NCBI GenBank assembly: GCA_963843575.1
Contig: CAWJKZ010000021.1
Location: 96,001 to 160,000, forward strand
Direction of reading: 5' to 3'
Origin: an uncultured Acidobacteriota bacterium
GTDB taxonomy: Bacteria; Acidobacteriota; UBA6911
Length of the DNA: 64,000 nt
Part shown: piece by piece, positions 10,969-20,551 of the stretch
Position numbering within the stretch: position 1 is the first letter of the stretch
Layout: every line of letters starts with the position of its first letter
Notes under the pieces: generated by a model
Told to the model about the DNA's origin: nothing
What the model saw: only the letters and a program-made list of their open reading frames with translations
The model's database searches: none
Translations under genes and position numbers: made by a program

Positions 10969-12717
10969 TCAGTTCACGCTGATGGAAACCCAGCCGCCCT
11001 GCAGCCAGTTGTTATTCGGGCCGATCCCGCCGATGAAATCGACTCTCTCGAAGAAACCGTCGTCCGGAGGGGATTTGACGACATCGATGCGCAGCGCGGG
11101 TGAATAAACCCCCGGCATGTAATCGGCCGTAAGGCGGTGGTACGGATCCACGAGCTTCGGGTCGATCTGGAGAACCATTCTGCTCTTGGACTGGATCCAG
11201 TTCTGCGTATCTGCGTTGCCGAAGGTCCCCGCCCCGTCGGCGCCGAAGACGCCGTTGTTGAACAGGATGGCGTTGTCGAACACAAGGTTCCCGTTCCCAG
11301 CCTGGGTGATGGTCGCCGCGTCCCGCATGTTGATGGCATCACGGCCGTAGCCCACGACGATGAAGTTGTACAGCTTTCCTGCGGTGCCGCGGCGCAGCAT
11401 CAGTCCGTGGTCGGCCTTGCCTTCGCCTTCCGCATAGTTCTGCTGTGGCCCGACGATGGTCATGTTGTAGATCGTGGGAGACGAACGGGGTTCGTTGTCG
11501 TTGCCGTTCTCCCAGTTGTCCGCCTCGATTCCGCGGTTTCCTTCCGTATTGGGATACACGTGCGTGATGACGAACTGAGCCTTCCCCTGCCAGCCTTCGG
11601 TCCAGTCGAACTGGTCATCGCCGCCGCCGGTGCAGAAGACGTACTTCACGCCGGCGCGTCCGCCGAAGAACTCGATGTTGTCGTCGTTGCCGTTGTTGAA
11701 GTGCAGGTGATCCAGGACGGTCTGGCTACCCACGCCATTGAGGTAAAGACTGTTGGCTTCGCGGGTGGGAGTGAACTTGATGCCCGCGTACTCGACCCGG
11801 ACATAGCGCATGATGCCGCTGTCGTCGTCGGGGACGGTGCCGCCGTACGGCACGCTCTCGATCCCTTCCACCACTCCGGCGCCGCCCGTCACGTTGATCG
11901 GGGCGCGTCCGGCGATGGCGACGCCGAACCAGTCACCGGGCCGGCGCGTCCCGACCGAGTTGACCGACGTGAAGACGATCGGGCGCTGGGCGGTGCCCAC
12001 CGCGTTGATTTTCGCTCCCTGCACGATGCAAAGGCCGCCGAGCGTGGCCGTATCGCCGAAGAGGATGGTCCCGGGCTCGATGGTCAGGGTAGCCCCGGAG
12101 CGGACGAACACCATCCCGGAAAGGACGTACGCGCGCTTGTTCGAAAGGGTGCGGCTCTGGGTGATGTCGCCCGACAGGGTGTCGATTCCTTCCACCACGG
12201 TGAAAGGAGCAAAGCCCTGCGACTGGATATACGTTCCGGTGGCATCACGTAACTCCATTACATACCTGTATGTGCCCGCAGTGGCAGGCGCATTCCTGGC
12301 GGCGCCGAGGAGGCCGCCGCCGCCGAAGAGAGTGAAGGCGTTCAGTTCGGGCACCAGATAGATGGGGTAGCGGCCCGTGGTGGCGTCTGCAGTGTTGCCG
12401 AACATATCCGTGACGGTGCCGGACTGGTAGCCCGGGTGATAGAGTTTTTCCCCAGTCTGCAGATTTTCGAGATATACGAAGTAGCTGGAGTAGGGGGTAG
12501 GACTACCGTTCGGCGACTGGTGGAGCCTTATCGTGACGCTTTCATTGGCGCTATAGACCACCTTGTCGGCATAGAGGTAGGTGGAAGGCGCTTTCACATC
12601 CTGGAGACTCGGGGCGACGATGTTTTGCCGCCCGGTGTCGGCATCGCCGGCAAACGCAGCGTACGCGGTAACACCCAGCAACGCCAGGACCGCGCCCAAA
12701 ATGAACGGCTTTCGCAT
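10969..12717 (-). CDS. Secreted beta-helix (pectin-lyase-like) protein of the type paired with TonB-dependent receptors
   Basis: Signal peptide; GATLTIEPGT, PIVFTS, DDSGIMRYVRVEYAG, DDNIEFFGG, DDQFDWTEGW, GIEADN; AAGGAG RBS. Confidence 0.8.
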   Translation of the reverse strand: MRKPFILGAVLALLGVTAYAAFAGDADTGRQNIVAPSLQDVKAPSTYLYADKVVYSANESVTIRLHQSPNGSPTPYSSYFVYLENLQTGEKLYHPGYQSGTVTDMFGNTADATTGRYPIYLVPELNAFTLFGGGGLLGAARNAPATAGTYRYVMELRDATGTYIQSQGFAPFTVVEGIDTLSGDITQSRTLSNKRAYVLSGMVFVRSGATLTIEPGTILFGDTATLGGLCIVQGAKINAVGTAQRPIVFTSVNSVGTRRPGDWFGVAIAGRAPINVTGGAGVVEGIESVPYGGTVPDDDSGIMRYVRVEYAGIKFTPTREANSLYLNGVGSQTVLDHLHFNNGNDDNIEFFGGRAGVKYVFCTGGGDDQFDWTEGWQGKAQFVITHVYPNTEGNRGIEADNWENGNDNEPRSSPTIYNMTIVGPQQNYAEGEGKADHGLMLRRGTAGKLYNFIVVGYGRDAINMRDAATITQAGNGNLVFDNAILFNNGVFGADGAGTFGNADTQNWIQSKSRMVLQIDPKLVDPYHRLTADYMPGVYSPALRIDVVKSPPDDGFFERVDFIGGIGPNNNWLQGGWVSISVN

Positions 12718-12772
12718 GGTACTCTCCTTTAGGGTAGGTGGATGCTAACAGTCTGATTCCGGTGGAGCCTCT

Positions 12773-15583
12773 TCAATATATGTCGTAGCCGATTCCGACG
12801 CTGATCTGCCGGCCCAGTTTGTAGCGATAAAAGACCTGGTCTCCCTGGTAATGGGTTACTGCCCGGTTAAGAAGGTTCTGGCCGCCCAGCTTGAACTGCA
12901 TCCTGGGGAGAGCCCTGAAGCGCTTGGAAACGGTGAGGTCCAGAAAGTGGTTCGATCTCTCGTACACGTCGGGCAGGAGTGTCGCGCCGACATCGCTGAT
13001 CCGCGGCCCGACAAGGTTGTACAGCACTCTCAGGTCCACGCCGTGCTTCTCGTCGGCATACTCGAGGACGCTGTTGAAAAGGTACTTGGACTGTCCCTGC
13101 ATCGGCCGCCTCAGCGACGTCAGCACGATTCCGGGGATGTTCCCGATTTCGACATCCGAGAAGATGCGAGAGTAATTCGAATACAGCGACCAGCCGGACA
13201 GGGGCCCGCCGATGAACCCGAGGTCTTTCCTCATCTCGACTTCAATGCCGCGGTTGCTGGCGTGATCGGAGTTCCGGAACGATGTCAGGATGTCGGCCGA
13301 ATAAAACATCACCCGCTCGATGGGGTCTTCGAAGCGCTTCCAGAACACGCTGGCGGCGTAAAGCTCGCTCGGGCTGCGGAACCATTCCCAGCGGGCGTCA
13401 ACATTCTGAATGCGGGATTGCCTGAGGTCCGGGTTGCCGTAGAGCGTCGAGCGGCCGCTGATGTCCGTGAACTGGAACGGCGCCAGTTCGCGAAACTCGG
13501 GCCGGTTGAGAGTCCTGCTGTAGCCGGCGCGCAGGTTCATGCCGGGATTTATCAGATAGACGACCGAGACGGCCGGAAGGAAGTCCCGGTTGTTGAGATC
13601 GGTGACGATCGAAGTGAGACCGGGTGCAAAAGGATCGAAGGTGATCAGGTGCTGAGCGGAGTCCTCGAAACGGACACCCCCTGTCACGCGCCACCTTTTA
13701 GCGAATGCGACATCCGCGAGGCCATACCCTGCGTTAATCACGTGCTCGGCATCGTATGAGTCCGTGGAGCGCGTGATTTCGCGCAGCTCGATCGAGTCCG
13801 GTCCGATGTTGCCGTAGTCGAAGATTTGTTCGGGGGTGAGCCGGAAGTCCACGGGCCGTCCGAACGGAACAAATACGAACCGGCGGGAGGAGAAATCACG
13901 CCTGCGATCGTGGCGCAGCCAGCCTCCCTTCAGGGTTGCGATCGTATGCCCGAAGACCCAGCTGCGGCTGACGTCAACCGCCGGCTCGTAGATAACGTCC
14001 GCCTGTCCCGTAAACTGGCGGAATCCGCTCTGGCCCTGGGAACTGAAGCTGAAGTCGTCTTTGCCTCTTTCGGACCGGTAGATGACTTCCCGCATGTCCG
14101 GTTCGTCGCGCTCCGCCCGGGAGTAGGCGAGCCGCCACTCCAGCAGGGTGCCGAAAAGACGCTTCATGAAGTGTTCCCCGGAGACCTGGCTGGTGAAGAT
14201 GGTTTCCTCCGAGTAGCGCAGACGGGTGTCTTGTTCATCGGCGCTGTTCCCTTCACTGTAGCCGCTAAGGTACCGGACCTCGTCGCTGGCGTCGCGGCTG
14301 AAGAAATTCTTCACCTGGAGCTTGTGGTTGGTACCGAGCTTGTAGGCGACGTTGCCGACGAATCCGAGCTTGACGTTCTTGGTGTTCTTGTCATTTGTGA
14401 ACAGGTTCCAGGGGATCAACGTATTCCCCAGGGCCTGGTAGGAATTCACCTCTTCGAGCTGGTGCGAATACTTGTGGCCGTAGGTGAGTGAAAACACCGT
14501 GCCGAGATTCTTGTAGCTCCCGCCCCCCATGATCGTCTGGGAGAAGTTCGGGGCTGCGTCGGTCGCGCCGGGCGTCCACTGGTTCTTGAGGGACCGACCA
14601 AGCTCCTGTAGCTGTTCCGAGGTGAATCCCTTGCCGGTCACGGGGCTGAGCCGTGTGACACGTCCACTGGGGAAGGCCGCCGGGAGCTGGCGCGCTCCGC
14701 CCCCGAATCCCAGCCAGTCCAGGTGGCTTCCGTGATACGAGAGGAATTTGTTCCCGAGCACGTTCGAGTCCCAGCTGAGTCCCGCCGAGTATTTCAGGGT
14801 CAGTTCCGCGGGGAACTCGATGGTTTCGATATTGACGACCCCCCCGGAAAAGTCGCCGGGCTGGTCGGGTGAGTAGCTCTTGAGAGTGGAGATCTTGTTG
14901 ATCAGGCTTGACGGGAAAAGATCGAACGGGACGACCTTCCTCTCCGGCTCGGTAGAGGGCAGCAGGGAACCGTTGAGCATCGCCGAGCTGTAGCGTTCAC
15001 CCAGACCCCGAACGAACACGTACTTGTCCTGCACCACCGAGATCCCAGTCACCCGCTCGAGAATGCCGGCCGCATCGGAGTCGGGGTTCCGGCTGATATC
15101 CTCGGCGGAAACGGTGTCACTGATCGTGCGAGCCGTCTGTCGCTCCAGGAGCACGGAGTTGACCGTGGCAGCCTTCATCGAGTCAGCCGTGACGGTGACC
15201 TTTTCTGAAATCACATTTGTCGGCACGAGTACCGGATCGATGAAGACCGTCTTGCCAATCTCCACCCCGATGTTGTCGACCGGTTGATCGAAGTAACCCT
15301 CCATGCTCACTCGAAGTGTGTGTTTGCCGACGGGCAGCTTCAGAACGTATCGGCCATCGATGTCGGTGAGGACCTTCTGGCCGGACCCGACAGCCTCAAT
15401 CGATGCGCCGCGCAGGTTGTTTCCCGTCTGGCTGTCATAAACCGTGCCGCTCACGGATCCGATTTCGACTCCAGGCCTCCGGTCCGACGGCCGCTTCGGC
15501 TCCTGGCCGAAGGCGGGGGCCAGCAGCAGGACCACATTCAATGCGATAGTCAGCAGGCACCCGAACCGATTTTTGTCGAACAC
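12773..15583 (-). CDS. TonB-dependent receptor with an N-terminal carboxypeptidase-regulatory-like domain
   Basis: TDIDGRY N-domain; plug (KYVFVRGLGERYS, DFSGGVVNI); barrel motifs RPEFRELAPF, GNPDL and NLLN; aromatic C-terminus. Confidence 0.93.
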   Translation of the reverse strand: MFDKNRFGCLLTIALNVVLLLAPAFGQEPKRPSDRRPGVEIGSVSGTVYDSQTGNNLRGASIEAVGSGQKVLTDIDGRYVLKLPVGKHTLRVSMEGYFDQPVDNIGVEIGKTVFIDPVLVPTNVISEKVTVTADSMKAATVNSVLLERQTARTISDTVSAEDISRNPDSDAAGILERVTGISVVQDKYVFVRGLGERYSSAMLNGSLLPSTEPERKVVPFDLFPSSLINKISTLKSYSPDQPGDFSGGVVNIETIEFPAELTLKYSAGLSWDSNVLGNKFLSYHGSHLDWLGFGGGARQLPAAFPSGRVTRLSPVTGKGFTSEQLQELGRSLKNQWTPGATDAAPNFSQTIMGGGSYKNLGTVFSLTYGHKYSHQLEEVNSYQALGNTLIPWNLFTNDKNTKNVKLGFVGNVAYKLGTNHKLQVKNFFSRDASDEVRYLSGYSEGNSADEQDTRLRYSEETIFTSQVSGEHFMKRLFGTLLEWRLAYSRAERDEPDMREVIYRSERGKDDFSFSSQGQSGFRQFTGQADVIYEPAVDVSRSWVFGHTIATLKGGWLRHDRRRDFSSRRFVFVPFGRPVDFRLTPEQIFDYGNIGPDSIELREITRSTDSYDAEHVINAGYGLADVAFAKRWRVTGGVRFEDSAQHLITFDPFAPGLTSIVTDLNNRDFLPAVSVVYLINPGMNLRAGYSRTLNRPEFRELAPFQFTDISGRSTLYGNPDLRQSRIQNVDARWEWFRSPSELYAASVFWKRFEDPIERVMFYSADILTSFRNSDHASNRGIEVEMRKDLGFIGGPLSGWSLYSNYSRIFSDVEIGNIPGIVLTSLRRPMQGQSKYLFNSVLEYADEKHGVDLRVLYNLVGPRISDVGATLLPDVYERSNHFLDLTVSKRFRALPRMQFKLGGQNLLNRAVTHYQGDQVFYRYKLGRQISVGIGYDIY

Positions 15584-15616
15584 GGCATCCTCCCCAGTCC
15601 TTGCTTAGAAAATGAG

Positions 15617-15670
15617 ATACTAGATCCCGTGTGTTATGCGGGCGTGACGGGACAGTGAAGATCCCGTGAA
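15617..15670 (-). promoter_or_regulatory. Pho-box-like array of four half-sites at 11-bp period plus -10 box
   Basis: Minus strand reads TTCAC-N6-TTCAC-N6-GTCAC-N6-ATAAC (plus-strand starts 15666, 15655, 15644, 15633), then TAGTAT 10 bp downstream. Confidence 0.7.
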
Positions 15671-16234
15671 ATCAGATTACCCGGACAGCTCGCTTGAGGT
15701 TCGCCAGCCTCCGGATATAGGACAGGAACCGCCAGTGCTCTTTATTCAGGCGTCTGAAGTGAGACCACAAAAGATATCGCCCAGAAGTACCCTTGTTGAA
15801 GCTGGTGGAGCGCAGGAGACGGAGTGCCTCTTAGCAAAACTTGAAGATCAAGACGTTGCGGCCTTGCTCCGGCATCAGTTGTTCGTCTACCGCGAACTGT
15901 TTGGGTGGCTGAACGCACCGTTCGAAGGCCCGCCGCAGCTAAAGCCCAGCTGTCGTTCGGGATCGCGTCGTAGTTCAGAATGCGAGAACCCACAGAGGAG
16001 CGGGTGCAACTCGATTGCTGGCCCAAAGAACCGCCGTGCGGAAACTCCCGGCGCGGCTCTCCGGGTAGGACATGCCGAGTCCGAATCCGAATGCGGTCAG
16101 GAGGGTCAATCTCAGCAGGAAGAAGCGGCAGGTCCGCAGCCGGGAGGTGTGCCGGAGCGTGCGGATTTCGGTGCTCATGCTTCCCCCCGGATTCCCGATG
16201 AAGGATCGTCTCACGCCGACCGGCGGTACCGCCG

Positions 16235-19200
16235 TCAGCGCAGGGTGAACGGGACCGCGGCGCGCTTGCCGCTGACCACCTCCGTCACGACGACGCGCCA
16301 GTCGCCCCTCGCGTCGTTGAGCGCCGTCCGGAAGCGGGTGTTCCCCTTGCCGTCCCTGATGTCCTCGTTGCCGGAGTAATACCGGACGATCTTGCCGGAG
16401 GGGTCGAAAACCTCGACCTTCGCGACCGAGCGGAGCCCCGGCGCGCCCGTGACCTGGAACTCGACGCGGATCTCCTCCCCGGCGGCGATCGCGGAGGGCG
16501 AGGCGGCCAGCACGGCCGACACCGGCGCCTCGACGATCGCGAACAGACGCGGGACCGCCGGCTCGATCTCGGTAACGAATTCCTGTCCGGCCGCGACGTA
16601 AGCCTTGTTCCTGACGTCGTACACGGTTCCAGGGGTGTCCAGCCGGATCCGGATCCTCTCCACGCCCGTGCCATCCCGGTCGGGGATCAACCCGAGGAGG
16701 CGCGTGCTCCCGAGGTTGAACAGATAGGCGGCGCAGCCGGCGACGGGGGCGCCGGAAGCCTGCGTGATGCGCGCCTTGGGGGCAAGCCCTGCATCCTCGA
16801 GCACCAGAGCCATGTCCTGCAGCGCCGGCCCTGCTCGTCCCTCGAGCCGGTCTTTCGGGTACGTGGACAGAAAGTGATTCAGCAGGTAGGTGCGCCCGCT
16901 GCCAAACCGGTTGGCGACGGCCGCGGGGGAGGCCCCTGCCCGGGCGAGGTTGCGGCCCGTGGTCAGCTGCACTCCCCGGTCCTGGGCCTCCGACAGGAGG
17001 GCTTCCCTGGACCCGGGCGCGGCGCTGATGCCGAGGACGTCCAGGAGTGGGCGTGAGGCGCGGAACGTGCAATGTTCGTCCATGACGCCGGACAGCGCGT
17101 CGGCCAGAAGAGTCCCTCCGCCGCGCACGAATTCCCGGATGGCCTCGACTTCGCGGTCGCTCAGCGCGATGCTCATCGGCAGCACGAGGGTCTGATAACC
17201 CCTGGAGAGGAGCTCGCCGTTTTCCACCGCGCCGTAGGCGATGAAGTCGAACTGGAGGCCGGAGTCCTTGAGTAACTTCACCCAGCCGTCGCGGTTGTCG
17301 TTGAAGCGGTCGAGGGCCTCGCTGGTGTGTTCGCTCGCTTCCTCTTTCACCTTCCCGTCGAGGATCCAGGCGCCGTGGATGCTCGGGTAGGAGTAGTGGA
17401 TCGCGATGCCGTGGTTGTCGGGGACCGCCAGGCCGACGAGCTTGCCGATCCCCTCGCCGCGCATCTCCTGGAATCCCTGCTCCATGTCCTTGCCGCTCTG
17501 GCTCATGGTGAGGTCGGGGTCGAGCGTGGAGTACTGCCAGAAGACGTAGGCCCCGCCGTTTGAACCTTTGAAGAGGTTGTCGTAGAAGTTGTAGAAGACG
17601 TCCCGGCCGAGCACGCCGTATCCTGCCCCGCCCGATATCTTCAGGTCGGTGCCGAAGCAGCGGTGGAACTCGAGCTGGTTGCCGCCATCGTACGCGTTCA
17701 AGTGCCGGGTATAGCGGTTGATGCGGCTGTAGTCGCAGCCGTTGTGCGATCCGGACTCCTGGGTGCCCGAATTCAGCAGGATCCCTTCGGGGTCGATCTT
17801 GCGTAGCTCGTCGAGGACGAAGGCGAAGGAGTCCGCGTAGGTTTTCTCCATGTACGTCCGGTGGTCGGCCCAGGAGGCGTAGTTCCCGCGCCGTTGTGCC
17901 CCGGGAGCGTCGTCGGGCTCGACGGCGTCCCATGTCGTGAAATCCGTACCCCACTGCCGGTTCAGCCGTTCGAGGGAGCCGTAGGACTCGCGCAGCCAGC
18001 GGCGCATCGCGTCCAGCGTGTGCGGCGAGAAACAGATGTCCACGGCGTCGGTGTAGCAGGTCAGCGACGGTTCCTCGTAGACGTAGTACGACATCGGGGA
18101 GAAGGGGACCCAGGGGTCGGTGAGCCGACTGAGTTCTTTCGAGACGAGCGCGCGGTAGTCGGGATCGTCCAGGCAGTACTGCCGCCGCAGGACGTGCTTG
18201 TCGCCCGTGGCGAGGTATTTCTTCTTCATGGCGGTGTAGTAGTCGCGCGCGGGTCCGTCGGGGGACTCCTGGCCGGGGATACGCGTCTGGGCCTGGACGT
18301 TGTAGTTGGCGTGCTTGCTGTGATTCACGGAATAGGACGAGAGGGTCGTCACGTTCAGGCGCCGCATCTGCTCGTCTATTTTCGGCCATATCCCGGGGAT
18401 CGGGTCGGGGCCGAAGCGATACATGACGATGTCGTAGTCATCCCAGCGCCGCGGCTGCAGGACGAAGACGTCGGCGGTGCGCCGGTCCGCGCGGACCTTG
18501 TCGACCACCACTTCGCAGTCGACCCGCGCGAGGTGGGTCAGGGCGCCGCGGGTCGCAAGCGCGAAGGAGTGTTCGGCCGCGGCGGGGAGGGTTGCGGTGG
18601 CGTACCGCTCGTCGAGCAGGCGGTCGTAGTTGTCGTAGAGCCGCATGCGGATTTCCGCGGTCGCGGGGGCGGTGGCCTCCAGGGTCAGGCGGACCGCGAC
18701 CTCGTCCCCGGAGCGCACGCGGTCGGTCACGGGTTTGAGCGAGCGGATCGTCACCCCCGCGGGGACGTCGAGCGTCGTGACCGACCAGTCGAGGGCGCGG
18801 TCGCCCTGCAGCAGCCTGGCCTCGATCGTGTGGCGGCCGCCCTGCAGTCGCGGCAGGCCGAAGCGGAGACGGCGCGCGCCGTCGCGCGCGGCGGCGAAGC
18901 CGGTGGTCTCGACCTCACCGAAGCTGTTGCGGACAGTGACGGCGAGGCGCGAGCCGGCGGGCGCCCCGTCGACCCGGGCCTCGACCGCCGCGGCCGTACA
19001 CGTTACCTCGCGTATGGCGGCCGCGGGCTCGCGCCCCGCGGCCCAGACAACGGCCCGGGCGACGAGCGACCAGAGGTAGTCGTGGTAGGGATAGTGCAGC
19101 CCCGTTTCAAAGACGTCGTGGATTTCCGGGATCATCCCCTTTTCGGTGTAGGCAAAGGCCACCACGCGCCCCTTGCCCAGGGTTTGAACCGCGAGCACGG

Positions 19201-20392
19201 GATTTCCGGAGGCGGTGCGCAGCAGCACCTGTCCCGCGGCGCTCGATGGGGGAACCGCCATCTGCTCCCAAGGGAAGAGTGGCAGCGGGACGCCGCGAGT
19301 GATGTAGTGCTCCCCGACCGGCTGCCAGGGCGAGTGGTCCAGGTTCTCGAAACGGTTCCGGAAGAAATTGTTGGAGTCTTCGTTTTTGATGTCTGGGGCG
19401 CGTACGAGCGGCGAAGGCGTCCAGGCAGCGTCGGACTTGCCGTCGCGGCTGAAGGGGTAAAACAGGACGAGGCCCGTGCCCTGTTCCACGCGCCGGCGCA
19501 GGGCGTCACGGATTTCCTGCGGGTAACTGTCCCAGGGGCGCAGGCCGGGCCAGAGGATCACGTCGTAGCTCGGCCCATGGATCAGGTCGTCGGCGATGTA
19601 AGCGTGGGCCAGGCTGTAGGCGTGGGCCCAGAACTCCCCGCCGGAACTGCGCTGGGTGTAGAAGTCGCCGAAACCCCACTTGTTCGTTCCCGGGCTGCTC
19701 CCGATGGTCGTCGCCCTCAACTGCATGTCGAGGCGCTGGGCGAGCTCGATCACGCCGCGGCCGTCCGCGACGTCGGCGAGCGCAAACACCCTGATCGGTC
19801 CGCCCCCGAGCGGACGCGCCCAGGGGATGTGCGGAGTCTCGACCTCCGTCGAGTAGTCAATGTCCCACCGGCCGCGCGCCTTCAGGACGGGGTGATAGCG
19901 ATCCAGCGCGACGTAGTCCAGGTACCATGTGCCGCCCTGCTTCGTCTCGAGCGACAGCCGCCGGACGGCCGAGCGGTCCAGCCCCGGCATCTCGGCGAGC
20001 GGCCATTGCAGGTGATTGACCCCGGCACGCAGGGCAAAGACGCGGGAAGCGACCGAGCCGGCGGCGTCGGTGAGGGCAACCCGGGCCTCGCCCGGCTGCA
20101 TGCTCCAGACGAAGGCGAGCAGTGATTCCTGCCGCCGCCAGTCGGCGGGAACCCGGGCGGTCTCGACCGCACCCCCGTCTTCGGGGAAAACGATTTCCAG
20201 CGAGTTCCGCTCCCAGGCGGGGAAACGCTCGGACTGGCTTACCCGGACGCGCGCCGACGCACGCACGGCGGCGACTTCGTCCGAGCTTTCGAACGAGGCG
20301 AAGACCTGCTGCTCGGCGCGGAGCGCCGGTGCGGCGGAAAGGGCGACCAGCAGTAACGCGAGGGTGCGCGGCACCAGTGTGCGGTCGGACAT
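16235..20392 (-). CDS. Large secreted GH42-like (beta-galactosidase-type) multidomain protein
   Basis: GGAGG RBS and signal peptide at 20392; ETPHIPWARPL, RRWLRESYGSLERLNRQWGTDF, IAIHYS, IREFVRGGGTLLAD (trimerisation/GATase-like) and TALND motifs. Confidence 0.72.
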   Translation of the reverse strand: MSDRTLVPRTLALLLVALSAAPALRAEQQVFASFESSDEVAAVRASARVRVSQSERFPAWERNSLEIVFPEDGGAVETARVPADWRRQESLLAFVWSMQPGEARVALTDAAGSVASRVFALRAGVNHLQWPLAEMPGLDRSAVRRLSLETKQGGTWYLDYVALDRYHPVLKARGRWDIDYSTEVETPHIPWARPLGGGPIRVFALADVADGRGVIELAQRLDMQLRATTIGSSPGTNKWGFGDFYTQRSSGGEFWAHAYSLAHAYIADDLIHGPSYDVILWPGLRPWDSYPQEIRDALRRRVEQGTGLVLFYPFSRDGKSDAAWTPSPLVRAPDIKNEDSNNFFRNRFENLDHSPWQPVGEHYITRGVPLPLFPWEQMAVPPSSAAGQVLLRTASGNPVLAVQTLGKGRVVAFAYTEKGMIPEIHDVFETGLHYPYHDYLWSLVARAVVWAAGREPAAAIREVTCTAAAVEARVDGAPAGSRLAVTVRNSFGEVETTGFAAARDGARRLRFGLPRLQGGRHTIEARLLQGDRALDWSVTTLDVPAGVTIRSLKPVTDRVRSGDEVAVRLTLEATAPATAEIRMRLYDNYDRLLDERYATATLPAAAEHSFALATRGALTHLARVDCEVVVDKVRADRRTADVFVLQPRRWDDYDIVMYRFGPDPIPGIWPKIDEQMRRLNVTTLSSYSVNHSKHANYNVQAQTRIPGQESPDGPARDYYTAMKKKYLATGDKHVLRRQYCLDDPDYRALVSKELSRLTDPWVPFSPMSYYVYEEPSLTCYTDAVDICFSPHTLDAMRRWLRESYGSLERLNRQWGTDFTTWDAVEPDDAPGAQRRGNYASWADHRTYMEKTYADSFAFVLDELRKIDPEGILLNSGTQESGSHNGCDYSRINRYTRHLNAYDGGNQLEFHRCFGTDLKISGGAGYGVLGRDVFYNFYDNLFKGSNGGAYVFWQYSTLDPDLTMSQSGKDMEQGFQEMRGEGIGKLVGLAVPDNHGIAIHYSYPSIHGAWILDGKVKEEASEHTSEALDRFNDNRDGWVKLLKDSGLQFDFIAYGAVENGELLSRGYQTLVLPMSIALSDREVEAIREFVRGGGTLLADALSGVMDEHCTFRASRPLLDVLGISAAPGSREALLSEAQDRGVQLTTGRNLARAGASPAAVANRFGSGRTYLLNHFLSTYPKDRLEGRAGPALQDMALVLEDAGLAPKARITQASGAPVAGCAAYLFNLGSTRLLGLIPDRDGTGVERIRIRLDTPGTVYDVRNKAYVAAGQEFVTEIEPAVPRLFAIVEAPVSAVLAASPSAIAAGEEIRVEFQVTGAPGLRSVAKVEVFDPSGKIVRYYSGNEDIRDGKGNTRFRTALNDARGDWRVVVTEVVSGKRAAVPFTLR

Positions 20393-20470
20393 CGGATCAC
20401 CTCCGGGGTTTCTCCGTTTTGGGCTGGCTATAACCTCGCACAGGGGTTCGCCCGAAAGCAACGAGTCTGA

Positions 20471-20498
20471 GTGGGCCGCGTCGGCCCGACGCGGTCCC
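20471..20498 (+). repeat. REP-like hairpin, family B (GTGGGCCGCGTCGGCCCGACGCGGCCC)
   Basis: Near-identical copies at 26560, 36510 and 62361. Confidence 0.8.
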
Positions 20499-20551
20499 TG
20501 GTCGTGAGATTCCAGAAGACAGACGGCCCCGTCGAGCCGCCGTGCTCCATA

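Noticed and set aside
15666-16379. 237-aa plus-strand ORF
   Set aside because: It starts inside the Pho-box-like array, overlaps the 3' end of the GH42-like gene and has no recognisable motifs
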